From Bdellovibrionales bacterium (GTDB lineage Bacteria; Bdellovibrionota; Bdellovibrionia; Bdellovibrionales; JAMPXM01), in contig JAYUEN010000387.1 of assembly GCA_043739185.1 (NCBI GenBank), forward strand, positions 15,297 to 79,296: 64,000 bases of DNA, given 5' to 3'. The notes beneath the pieces are model-generated. The model was not told where the DNA came from and did no database searches. It worked only from the letters and a program-made list of their open reading frames with translations. Positions 30,001 through 38,195 of this stretch are shown here, piece by piece. The translations under genes and the position numbers were made by a program. Position 1 is the first letter of the stretch. Every line of letters starts with the position of its first letter.

Positions 30001-30554
30001 CTCAAATCGGAAATCCAAATGAACGTAAAGATGCACTTCTTAAACGTTATGCGCTCCTAGAACAAAGCTCAAATCTGGTTGAGGATCAGCTCAATGTCAT
30101 GATTCAAGCAAGACTTCAATTGGCTAAGCTTACAACTACTGAGCTAAACGAGAAAAGCCAATATCTCAGAGAAGCAGTAAGTTTAAGTGAAAAACTAGCC
30201 AAGGAAAGTGGATATTTGTCGCACGCCATTTACCAATCAAGTGTTGCAGCTTTGATTGAAGGATTTTTGCACCCTAAGATGTTTACAGATTCAGAATCAA
30301 AAAGCATCGTCGCCTTGGTTCAGAGTTGTATGCATTCATATGAAAGTCAGAAGATCTCCCAAGCTTTTTTGAACTTTCAAAATCTCAAGCTTAAAGTTTT
30401 AGAGGCCGCCTATAGTGCGATACTCAATCATCGAGCCTCCTCAAAGGATGAGATTAAAGCACTTATGTCTGCTCCGTTAGCAATGAATGTAAAAGAAGGT
30501 CTTCCTAAAGAATGGGAAAATATGACAAAGCTAAGCGCAGCCCTTAGTTATTAG
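27036..30554 (+). CDS. Secreted TolB-like beta-propeller plus TPR/alpha-solenoid protein
   Basis: Signal peptide; PD40-like repeats (SQEPSIGPSG, IYSPNM, SGFPALSADE); Ca-binding-like DSNGDNILDGSD; helical TPR-like C-terminal two thirds. Confidence 0.7.
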   Translation: MMKIFLVGILLFAGKVQATIVSDRIAATNRLLPLKKVTVGPDDQYHGSVDTKGEILVYTYKTNLVPHLRVQELKSGDVRDFLPLTADSQEPSIGPSGLVAFTYFKFNAKGDICYAGLPNFAKPANNNPEIHCLARTSSEKFEARSNSFWKSNDEIGYVVDAIGENPRRIVTENIHTGNKTILTSGKIYSPNMQAGGHYLTFIKMDKDESVSKSNVNREIVLLDLVNRKEFSLRFALPGISGFPALSADESMLYFSHYPNDSNGDNILDGSDNGVIFRIPVSKIFSNQDKDLIFPEQLTSLESSCSFPHPFKDSVYLTCAFEGSLDIYQMPASGIVPVNWSRQILDNALITSRSYQERILNLNTEKYRFSETKQITNERLLNNHILADETAAARSYLDEIMKTKLGANEKSFYALVKIYLESRELKKMQASSDVTRIFRGQIAQFEHQVASIKSEASFNLILRGLLKLYTEDFHEAANFLAQVRAASQMKPLERYLYFELADQSLSRELPKSEAKLLDAYHIMMTAPELDEEAHIYYAFRLLDKIEQQHKELPERIKVIDTAKKFLVKPVLTLLDSETCVLRLILAGDSEKPKVYSELDRFMSETREDYFLRKALYVRAILNFTTAAQFTYMDLVATAWLKYTTQKDTEFIYAREVVQGSALDQAYANVAVANDNFASSFFYESLSLTDDLESHYGFVQSMNRRNLRSTIDDRYKNLVQRSFIDDNFKFVQALLILIDQNTHAQADRHLTAHLDQAIEKLVAMSQDRDSPARYLLLGSCYLEKLLRTAKGLEFSAELLQKANRTLMLAYDLGRDNVRIQAATLMNLGILQARVQNQGLAVRFFKERKTLGFVSAVEKAAFEWSYARALFLSHQPELAAEELTEVAASEMKPALLERKAFYLMSAQKYDRAVLAYEELFKAKPQIDAISFAKINLSLGFALLKNQQEKEAKNHLVQAVQSLDRLAVLGRGAERSVEFNPNRLKAFAYGFLAQIGNPNERKDALLKRYALLEQSSNLVEDQLNVMIQARLQLAKLTTTELNEKSQYLREAVSLSEKLAKESGYLSHAIYQSSVAALIEGFLHPKMFTDSESKSIVALVQSCMHSYESQKISQAFLNFQNLKLKVLEAAYSAILNHRASSKDEIKALMSAPLAMNVKEGLPKEWENMTKLSAALSY

Positions 30555-31014
30555 GAGCTCCGGCATTGATCCAAGCGAGGATCGATGCTTCTTCTGCGGG
30601 TGTAATATTTTGATCACTTAAGTGGGTTGCATAGGTCGTGCAACCACTTTTGCCAGCAAAATTATTTACATGATAATCTTGAAACAATACTCCCGCCAGA
30701 TAGGATTGAGTCGGCGCATTTGCAGCTACGATTTTAATTCCGCTACAGGTACCTGTGCTAGAGGTGCCGGCGACATAATTTGCAAGCAAAGTAGAATAAG
30801 CAGTAGCCGAAGTTGTGAAATCGAGATGTACGCCATTGGTATTGTAGGCTGGTGTTCCTGGCACATGGCATTGAGCACAGGCTGTTTTTAACATGCTTGT
30901 GTAGATAGTAGAAAAATTGGCGGAGGTATCAGCAGCCTTATCTCCGCAATTGCTAAGAAAAAAAGGGATCAAGCCTAAGACGAAAACAAACAGTAATTTT
31001 CGCAAAAATAGCAT
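30544..31014 (-). CDS. Lipoprotein with a c-type heme-binding motif
   Basis: Lipobox LSNC; CAQCH (CxxCH); C-terminal ILAWINAGAPNN. Confidence 0.75.
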   Translation of the reverse strand: MLFLRKLLFVFVLGLIPFFLSNCGDKAADTSANFSTIYTSMLKTACAQCHVPGTPAYNTNGVHLDFTTSATAYSTLLANYVAGTSSTGTCSGIKIVAANAPTQSYLAGVLFQDYHVNNFAGKSGCTTYATHLSDQNITPAEEASILAWINAGAPNN

Positions 31015-31157
31015 TTCAGAACTCCTCTAATATAAAGACTGCCTATGAAGTTTGTCATTAATCGATAAGTTGGGCCAAAATTCAAGAAATATCTAGAATG
31101 TGTCCGCTTTCCTAACTTGTCGCGAGGTGAAGTGGATAGCAGTGCCTTGCCGTGGAC

Positions 31158-32171
31158 CTACTGTAAATGTGCAAGGCTTGGTTTCAGCATGAGGATGGCG
31201 CCTTTGCAGGTGAAATGGACGCCATCTCCCCAGTAGCTCACACTGCCATCATCGCCTGGAATCCCGGCGAAATAGTTTAAAATATGTATATTGGGGATTT
31301 GCAGCGCACTTAGCTTTTGTGCCCACTCTTGATGTGCCTTATAAATATTTGGATAATCTTCCTTTAGGCTTTTCATGAAGACTGGATTGTAGGGCGCAAT
31401 TAATACATAAACCTCTATATTTTTTGTACTCAACAACGTCATTTTATTAACAAAGAGCTGCCAGTAGTGTTCTGAGGCGGGATGATTAAAAATCGAAAGT
31501 CGGTAGCGATCGAAATCGGTGACAATATCTTTATTTAAGGCAGATGTTGTTTTCTCGCCAGGATAATTTGCACTTTCACAGCGCTCGTAATTTAAGTCAT
31601 TGCCGCTGCCAAGATCTAATGCCTTTTGGTTCTTCTTTTTAAAACGAGCCACCGAAGCATTGAGCGTGAGATGATCAAAAAGTGAAGTCAATTTACTCTG
31701 CATCGATAGTGCATTGAGCTCAGGAAATTCAGAAGTAATATACTTGCCCAAAGCCTCTGTACTCTTCATTTTGACATCTAAGATCTCAGGAATGAGTTCA
31801 AAAAAATCAGCCTGCCAAATCACTTTACGAATCGGGTTGTGAGCAAGAGCTATATTTAAAAAGGCAAATTTGGCTTGAAGCTCGGTGCCACCAACTGAAA
31901 GGTTCAAAGCGGGATGTCCGGTGATTTTCTCTAGCCAAATGGGCGAGGTCGTTTCACCTCGAGAGGAGCCCACCATTACCAATTCAGTTTTAGGATGAGC
32001 TAAAATAATTTGACCAATATGATAGTAGGTGTTGACGTTGATAGTCGTCGTATCAATGCTTTTGCATCGATAGTAGCACATAGGATCAACGGCAAAATTA
32101 AAACTCGTGACCGCCAGAAAAAGTCCGCCGGCAATTATGAAAAAGCTAAATGTGGCTAAACGTGCATTCAC
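31158..32171 (-). CDS. SGNH/AlgJ-like periplasmic acyltransferase partner
   Basis: N-terminal TM with VDP; GSSR block-I Ser; GDGVHF (DxxH); directly downstream of an MBOAT gene. Confidence 0.65.
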   Translation of the reverse strand: MNARLATFSFFIIAGGLFLAVTSFNFAVDPMCYYRCKSIDTTTINVNTYYHIGQIILAHPKTELVMVGSSRGETTSPIWLEKITGHPALNLSVGGTELQAKFAFLNIALAHNPIRKVIWQADFFELIPEILDVKMKSTEALGKYITSEFPELNALSMQSKLTSLFDHLTLNASVARFKKKNQKALDLGSGNDLNYERCESANYPGEKTTSALNKDIVTDFDRYRLSIFNHPASEHYWQLFVNKMTLLSTKNIEVYVLIAPYNPVFMKSLKEDYPNIYKAHQEWAQKLSALQIPNIHILNYFAGIPGDDGSVSYWGDGVHFTCKGAILMLKPSLAHLQ

Positions 32172-32183
32172 AAAAATTTCATC

Positions 32184-33602
32184 CTAAAACTGAAAATACA
32201 AAAAAGGTGAATCTTCACTCATAAACATTATGCAAACAATTAAAAGAAAAGCGATTCCGGCCGCAGTCCAAATATTAGTTCTAAACTTAACTTGCCAAGT
32301 ATTCTTAGCATAAAAACTCAAAAAGAAAGCCACGATCAAAGCCGCTATGAAGCGGCTTTGATAGCGTTCGGCTGCGAATCTCAAATCCCAAGTAAGATGA
32401 GTATTTAACAAAAACACTTTTTCAAGCCATAAGAGTGCTACTGAAAAACTGGGAGCTCTGAAAAAAACCCAGCCTATATTAATTAATAAAAAGGTGAGAG
32501 CGAACTTTAAATATTTATTTTGGATGCCTTTGTAATTTCGGTCTTTGCAGAAGCGCTCGGTCGCCAATAGGCAGCCGTGAAAGCCACCCCAGATTGCGTA
32601 AGTCCAATTGCCTCCGTGCCAAAGTCCACCAATCATCATGGTTAAGAATAAATTGCGATAGGTTTTAATTTGGCTACCGCGATTTCCGCCGAGAGAGATA
32701 TACAAATAGTCTTTTAGCCAAGAAGACAAGCTGATGTGCCAACGTTGCCAAAATTCTGTAATTGAAAAAGACTTATAGGGTGAATTGAAATTTTGAGGAA
32801 AATCAATATTCATCATCAGGCCGAGGCCGACAGCCATATCTGAATAGCCGCTGAAATCAAAATAAAGCTGCATGGTATAGCCAAGCATTGCCAAAATGGC
32901 TTCGCTATTTGAAGCAAGTTTTAGATTGTCTACAACCGGAATAACGACTGCTGAAAGCATATCAGCGAGCAGAATCTTTTTTGAAAGTCCGCAGACAAAA
33001 AAGCAAATTCCTCGCCAAAAATTCTCAAAATTAAAAATATAAGTCTTTGGGCTTTCAAGCTGGGGAACAATTTGATTGTGCCTTACAAGGGGGCCTGAAA
33101 TTTGATGGGGAAAAAGTGTCACATAGCCAGCAAAGGACAAGAGGTCGGCATGTGCATCAGAGGTGCCACGATAAACATCAATGACGTAGGACATACTTTG
33201 AAAGGTGTAGAATGAAATGCCGATTGGCAAAACAATTGAAAGAATCGGTAGCCCAGTGATCGGTGCTCCGTGAAGAAGACTCGCAAGTGAGTTCAAACTA
33301 TCTGCAAATAAATTATAATATTTGAAAAAAAACAAAATCGATAAATTGATAATAACAGAAAATAAAAGCAAAAGACGTTTGCGATATTTGGTTTCAGAAT
33401 TATAAATTCCGCGCGCAACGTAAAAGTCGACAATGACGGTGAAAATTAAAAAGAAAACAAGTTTGGCGCTCCAATAGCTATAAAAACCAAGGCTTGCCAA
33501 TAACAAAAAAGTGAGCTGCGCCCGACGTTTTGGTATGAGATAGTAGCCTAAAAGTACCATTGGCAAAAAGCCAAAGATAAAAATATATGAATTAAAGAGC
33601 AT
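32184..33602 (-). CDS. MBOAT-family O-acyltransferase (AlgI/DltB/PatA-like)
   Basis: MLFNS start, PIGISFYTFQ, GPLVR, YFDFSGYSD, FWQRWHISLS, GGLWHG. Confidence 0.95.
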   Translation of the reverse strand: MLFNSYIFIFGFLPMVLLGYYLIPKRRAQLTFLLLASLGFYSYWSAKLVFFLIFTVIVDFYVARGIYNSETKYRKRLLLLFSVIINLSILFFFKYYNLFADSLNSLASLLHGAPITGLPILSIVLPIGISFYTFQSMSYVIDVYRGTSDAHADLLSFAGYVTLFPHQISGPLVRHNQIVPQLESPKTYIFNFENFWRGICFFVCGLSKKILLADMLSAVVIPVVDNLKLASNSEAILAMLGYTMQLYFDFSGYSDMAVGLGLMMNIDFPQNFNSPYKSFSITEFWQRWHISLSSWLKDYLYISLGGNRGSQIKTYRNLFLTMMIGGLWHGGNWTYAIWGGFHGCLLATERFCKDRNYKGIQNKYLKFALTFLLINIGWVFFRAPSFSVALLWLEKVFLLNTHLTWDLRFAAERYQSRFIAALIVAFFLSFYAKNTWQVKFRTNIWTAAGIAFLLIVCIMFMSEDSPFLYFQF

Positions 33603-33659
33603 TTCTCTTTATACGAGACTTTTACGAATACGAGCAATCAAAAAGCTCTTAGGGACTGG

Positions 33660-34163
33660 CTAATTAACGATGGTAATAGTACTCGTCATCGCATTGTGAA
33701 ATCCACAATTGTAGAAGAGGGTATTCGGAGCATTGGCGGGCACGATAAAGGTGAGAGCTCCGCTCATAACGCCATTGCCGGTAACCCCATTGGTATAGGC
33801 ATTGGTAGTGTCTGAGCCCTGTACACTCATTATATAAAATGGATGTCCATTTGCCGTAACATTAAACACATAGGTTTTTCCTCTTTGCAGGGTAAGAGGC
33901 ATATTGGCAACACCATTAACTAAATATGCAGTGGCCCCGCTATTCACCACCGTAAAACTAGCTGTCGCCATTGGCGTAGGCGTTGGAGTTGCCGGCGGGG
34001 CAGTTGGGGCAGCTGTTGGCGCAGCTGTCGGGGCAGCCGTTGGATAGGGATTATTTGCTGAAGAGGCACTTGAAGTTGGCGTGACATTGCTCAGAGGTTT
34101 AAAGCCGCTATCGCCACAGCCGATCATAAGAAATAAACAAAATAGCACTAAGAGTTTATTCAT
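33660..34163 (-). CDS. Lipoprotein with Pro/Thr/Ala linker and cupredoxin-like domain
   Basis: Lipobox MIGC; GHPF and YNCGFHNAM (His, Cys, His, Met type-1 copper ligand pattern). Start ATG 34163. Confidence 0.75.
   Translation of the reverse strand: MNKLLVLFCLFLMIGCGDSGFKPLSNVTPTSSASSANNPYPTAAPTAAPTAAPTAPPATPTPTPMATASFTVVNSGATAYLVNGVANMPLTLQRGKTYVFNVTANGHPFYIMSVQGSDTTNAYTNGVTGNGVMSGALTFIVPANAPNTLFYNCGFHNAMTSTITIVN
33972..34043 (-). repeat. Coding 12-bp tandem repeat (PTAA x3, PTAP, PATPTPTP)
   Basis: Visible directly in the DNA and the translation. Confidence 0.85.
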
Positions 34164-34248
34164 TTCATCTCCCCGTTTTAATAGGCTAGGTGGATTATTC
34201 AATTTTGTAAAGACAACTAAGCAAGTGCCCAGTCAATCGTCGATTAAA

Positions 34249-34261
34249 TCTCAAAATGAGA
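34249..34261. promoter_or_regulatory. Palindrome TCTCA-AAA-TGAGA upstream of the cupredoxin lipoprotein
   Basis: Identical to 15261-15273. Confidence 0.5.
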
Positions 34262-34320
34262 CAGTCTTGCTCTATAACTAGTTGTTGGGCTCAATCTTTT
34301 ATTTGATTTCTTTAGGATTC

Positions 34321-34380
34321 AAATCAGTTTAAACGGCAGCAGCGGCTGTCAACCGAATTACTGTTTCAGTTTCAGTCTCA
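34321..34380. repeat. Dispersed intergenic repeat, copy A
   Basis: Ungapped match of 39/50 nt to 36695-36744. Confidence 0.7.
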
Positions 34381-34396
34381 GTCTTTAGTGGGTCAG

Positions 34397-35164
34397 CTAA
34401 TTGGTGATTGTAATGGTTCCGGTCATTGAGGAGTGAACGGAGCAATCATAGTAAAGAGTATTGGGCGCACCTGCAGGCACAACAAACGTAAGAGTTCCGC
34501 TTTGTGTGCCATTACCGGTAACCCCACTGTTATAGGCGTTTGCGGTATTGGTGCCCTGTACACTCATAATGTAAAACGGGTGACCGCTGGCAGTAATACT
34601 AAAGGTATAGGTTTGGCCTCTTTGAAGAGTGAGTGCTGCATTTGCACTTCCGTTCATAAGATAGCTTGAGGCTCCACTATTGACCACGGTGAAGCTCGTA
34701 GTTCCGGCGGCGGGTGATGCAGGAGTCGGCGTGCCGGAATCACTTGCGCAGCCAAAATTTGCAAATAAAAAAATAATTGCCAACAACTTTTGAAGCTTGG
34801 GTAAAATTTTGGCCCATGCTTCGGGTTTAAAACCGACCAAGCCAAAGTCTTCTCCAAGCAAAAATGGCCGCTTTACTAATTTGCCATTTTCTGAAAGTAG
34901 GTTGAGAGCTTTGGAATCTGAAAGTCCTGCTTTGAACTGCTCCGCTATTTTTAGCTCTCGGTACTGAATTCCTGATGTATTAAATAGATCTTTAATTGTG
35001 CCGCCTCGGGCCTTTAAATGTTCGAGCATGGATTTGAGCTCAGTCGTACTGGGTGGTGTTTCGACTATTGCGATGCGCTCAAAACTTAAGTTTTTCTCGG
35101 TCAAAAACTTGATGGCTTTTTGGCAGGTGCTACACTTTTTATATTCGAAAATTTTTGTTTTCAT
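34397..35164 (-). CDS. ArsC/Spx/MgsR-family domain fused in frame to a lipoprotein-type signal and a cupredoxin-like domain
   Basis: CSTCQKA, LFNTSG, LVKRP, VGF (ArsC family); then LLAIIFLFANFGC; then GHPF...YDCSVHSSM. Start ATG 35164. Confidence 0.75.
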   Translation of the reverse strand: MKTKIFEYKKCSTCQKAIKFLTEKNLSFERIAIVETPPSTTELKSMLEHLKARGGTIKDLFNTSGIQYRELKIAEQFKAGLSDSKALNLLSENGKLVKRPFLLGEDFGLVGFKPEAWAKILPKLQKLLAIIFLFANFGCASDSGTPTPASPAAGTTSFTVVNSGASSYLMNGSANAALTLQRGQTYTFSITASGHPFYIMSVQGTNTANAYNSGVTGNGTQSGTLTFVVPAGAPNTLYYDCSVHSSMTGTITITN

Positions 35165-35229
35165 GTGGACATTTGCTACCAGACTATGTTTTCTGTCAAA
35201 CCGATTCCGAATCAAAAGGAGAAATTCGA

Positions 35230-35622
35230 ATGAAGTACCTACATACGATGATACGCGTAAAGAATTTGGATTCTTCGATCCGCTTTTACCAAGATGTTTT
35301 GGGCATGAATTTAATTTCAAAAGATGATTATCCAGAGGGAAAATTCACTCTTGCTTTTTTAAGTTACGGAAACACCAAGAGTGATCCCTGCATTGAACTT
35401 ACCTTTAATTGGGGGCGAGAAAGCTATGAACTCGGAGATGCCTTTGGCCATATTGCGTTTTCGACAAATGATATTTATAAAACCTGTGAGCAGGTCAAGG
35501 CATTAGGTGGGAAGATAGCAAGAGAGCCTGGCCCGATGAAGCACGGCACAACTATCATCGCCTTTTTAGAAGACCCGAATGGATATAAAATCGAGCTCAT
35601 TCAGAGTAAGACTCATCTCTAA
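35230..35622 (+). CDS. gloA: Lactoylglutathione lyase (glyoxalase I)
   Basis: YLHTMIRV, IELTFNW, FGHIAF, PGPMKHG, DPNGYKIELI; SD AAGGAG before ATG 35230. Confidence 0.93.
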   Translation: MKYLHTMIRVKNLDSSIRFYQDVLGMNLISKDDYPEGKFTLAFLSYGNTKSDPCIELTFNWGRESYELGDAFGHIAFSTNDIYKTCEQVKALGGKIAREPGPMKHGTTIIAFLEDPNGYKIELIQSKTHL

Positions 35623-35727
35623 TTTTTTCATGGGGCAAAATTCTTAAGATTGCCGCCAAGCTGCCACTAAATATGAAATTTTTTAAAAGAAGAGCGCAAA
35701 CATATATTTTAGTTTGCGCTATTGATA

Positions 35728-36519
35728 TTACTTAGAGGTCTTTTGATAAGTCGAGCGAGTCGAATTGCCAGTATTAGGAAAGAGATCATTGATATAATCT
35801 TTTTTAATATTTGGAGCGACAACACCTGGTTTGCACTGTTTCACAACTTCACACATTGCTGAAGAGTTTAACAGACTTCCGATTTTATCTTTTAAATAAG
35901 CTCCTACAAGCGATTTATCATAAGCCATTGAAAGTCTCTGGAGGGCGAGATCGGTTTGATCAACCTTACTACTAAACTCTTGAAAGCTCGTGCGCACATC
36001 CATTTTCCTAAGATTTTTATCCATAGTATCAATCAGATCAGCAAGTGCGGCTGCTTCTTTCTTTTTGTCAGCAGCATTTGCATTGACCGCAGCTTGATAG
36101 GCGGTTTTTTTATTCGCAAAATCATTGATCGCAGCAGTTCGTGATCCCGCAATAGAATTTACGGTGCCGCCCATTGCGACTCGTTCAGCTTTGATTCTAT
36201 TGAGTTCGGCAGTTTGCGTGGCAACCGCGGCCCGCAATCCCGGACCATCCGTGCCGCCTGTGCCCTGTCCCCAATTGAAAGGGCCAAAACCTCCAGCTGC
36301 TTTTTCGAGCGCAGCTTGGGCATCATCAACCTTACTTTGCTGCGCCAAAACAGATCTATTTAATTCATCAAGCGAAGTATTTGCTGCCAAGAGTCTTGTG
36401 GTCATATCAGCTAAAGAGGTTTCAAGATCTTTTTGATTTGGTTGGGCAGGTACGGGAACTTGAGCTGCTATTGAGCCCAGTGAAAAAAGACATAAGAGTG
36501 CGATTGTTAAAAGTTTCAT
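35728..36519 (-). CDS. Secreted coiled-coil hypothetical protein
   Basis: Signal peptide ending SIAA; SD GGAGG; long heptad helices interrupted by a Gly-rich loop. Confidence 0.7.
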   Translation of the reverse strand: MKLLTIALLCLFSLGSIAAQVPVPAQPNQKDLETSLADMTTRLLAANTSLDELNRSVLAQQSKVDDAQAALEKAAGGFGPFNWGQGTGGTDGPGLRAAVATQTAELNRIKAERVAMGGTVNSIAGSRTAAINDFANKKTAYQAAVNANAADKKKEAAALADLIDTMDKNLRKMDVRTSFQEFSSKVDQTDLALQRLSMAYDKSLVGAYLKDKIGSLLNSSAMCEVVKQCKPGVVAPNIKKDYINDLFPNTGNSTRSTYQKTSK

Positions 36520-36694
36520 AAATATCCTCCAGATAATCTAATCTTAAAAAACGACCTAAGTTATGACAAGTCCAGATGGCTAGAGTGAACCAAACGAGAC
36601 TATATCTAGTCCTTGTTTCAAAAATGTTTCGTTTGTAATAGGGAATAGGCACGATCTCTTTTTTTTTGGTGGTCCAGCTTCTACAGAAGATTTT

Positions 36695-36756
36695 AAATCA
36701 GTTTGAAGGGCAGCCGCGGCGGTATACAGTCTCACTGTTTCGGTCTCGGGTTTCAG
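36695..36756. repeat. Dispersed intergenic repeat, copy B
   Basis: See copy A at 34321. Confidence 0.7.
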
Positions 36757-36766
36757 GGTAAAGGGT

Positions 36767-37366
36767 TCACTCCAAAGTATTCTGTCCGCCATCATCTAAT
36801 TTTTTTGGAGCCTTCCAATAATTATATTGAGGAGTCCAGTCTTCGGCTCCTAGTCCAGCTAGACTGAGGATATGCCATTGGGAGCAAAAAAGATCGCCAG
36901 GACCGAATTTAGAAGAGTTCTTCTTATAAATTTCGCCGCCTTTTCTGGTATAGCAAACAATACCAGGCATATTCGACTCACCCGGAATCACGGATTGCTC
37001 TCTAATATAGTCGCCGCCACCGTGAGAAACCATTTGAAAGCGCCAGCCTCTTGAATTTGCGAATTGTTTTTGCGTAAGCGGGGAGTCCTTTGACATCATA
37101 ACCACTGAAAACTGATTTTCAAGATGTGGCAAAAAGCCATTTAAGCCATCTCCCCAAAGTGTGCAATAGCGACAGCCCTGGCCCATATTATGAATGGCAA
37201 AAAGAATGTCTTTGCCAGCGAATAAATCGAGCAAGCTCAGCCTGCCGTTTTGACTAGTGAACTCATAGTTTTTTATCGGGCTCGGTTTATTATCTTTTCT
37301 TAATTTTTCAAGCTTTTGAGTCAATTCATAAATTTCTTTTTCAGTCTTTTGAATTTCGTCTGTCAT
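36767..37366 (-). CDS. DUF899-family thioredoxin-like protein
   Basis: LLDLFAGK, GCRYCT, RGWRFQMVS; start probably ATG 37366. Confidence 0.75.
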   Translation of the reverse strand: MTDEIQKTEKEIYELTQKLEKLRKDNKPSPIKNYEFTSQNGRLSLLDLFAGKDILFAIHNMGQGCRYCTLWGDGLNGFLPHLENQFSVVMMSKDSPLTQKQFANSRGWRFQMVSHGGGDYIREQSVIPGESNMPGIVCYTRKGGEIYKKNSSKFGPGDLFCSQWHILSLAGLGAEDWTPQYNYWKAPKKLDDGGQNTLE

Positions 37367-37385
37367 GATTTTCTCCTGGTTCAAA

Positions 37386-37970
37386 TTACATTGATTCAAA
37401 TTCTTTATTCGTTTGCTTTGACATATCAGGAGAATTCTTTGGTTCGCCCAGGGCGGCGCCGGGACGCGACCAAAGATCTTGACCTGCGGCGACTGAGCGC
37501 TTGATATTCTCTGAACTCAATTCAACTGTGCCTTCGCAAACGCAAAGATAGGTGGCGCCTTCGCGATCTTCAAGTAAAAATTTTGTACCGCGAACGCCTG
37601 CGACTGCAGTTCTCGTTTTAAATTTATAGTTTTTAACATCCGGCTTTTTTAAAAAATGAATAAAACTTTGGCCCTTGAGGAGAGTGAGGCTTTTTGCAAA
37701 AAGTTTTCCTTCGCCTTCAATAACGAGTTGTCCACCGGATTTTAAGCGAAGTTTGTGACCATCGGGATAGAGTAAATCAATTTGCGCTTTCGGATCATCT
37801 GCGACTTTGATGAGACCGGCTCGGGAAATTTGATCTCCTGCTTTCAGGATTTGGCTTCCAAATTGGATCTCTCCGGTTAACTTAGTTACCTTTAAATTCA
37901 TTTGTCCTGCAAAACTAAGTGGCGTTGCTAAAAATAAAAATCCCATTAAAAAAAACTTTACAATAATCAT
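37386..37970 (-). CDS. Secreted FecR-domain protein
   Basis: Signal peptide; KTRTAVAGVRGTKF and VCEGTVEL. Confidence 0.8.
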   Translation of the reverse strand: MIIVKFFLMGFLFLATPLSFAGQMNLKVTKLTGEIQFGSQILKAGDQISRAGLIKVADDPKAQIDLLYPDGHKLRLKSGGQLVIEGEGKLFAKSLTLLKGQSFIHFLKKPDVKNYKFKTRTAVAGVRGTKFLLEDREGATYLCVCEGTVELSSENIKRSVAAGQDLWSRPGAALGEPKNSPDMSKQTNKEFESM

Positions 37971-38195
37971 TATGTTTCCGCCTTATGTCGTATTGTGGAG
38001 GAGAAGAAGTCTAAATGTCAAAATGTGCGTAGCGCGCTAGGGCAATATTAAATTGGATTCAAATCTTTATTAATAAGGCCGCTAGTTTTTTATTTTTATC
38101 TTCAGACAAAAAGCCTTTAAGCAAAGTAAATTTTTACCCCTCGCATTCACTGAAAATATTTTTTAGGTTTTGTCGTCCTTTTTGCCATAAGGAGC

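Noticed and set aside
34321-36756. tmRNA or riboswitch explanation for the dispersed repeat (peptide ends AAAAV*)
   Set aside because: No tRNA-like ends, resume codon context or recognisable riboswitch consensus; copy B has no stop at that position.
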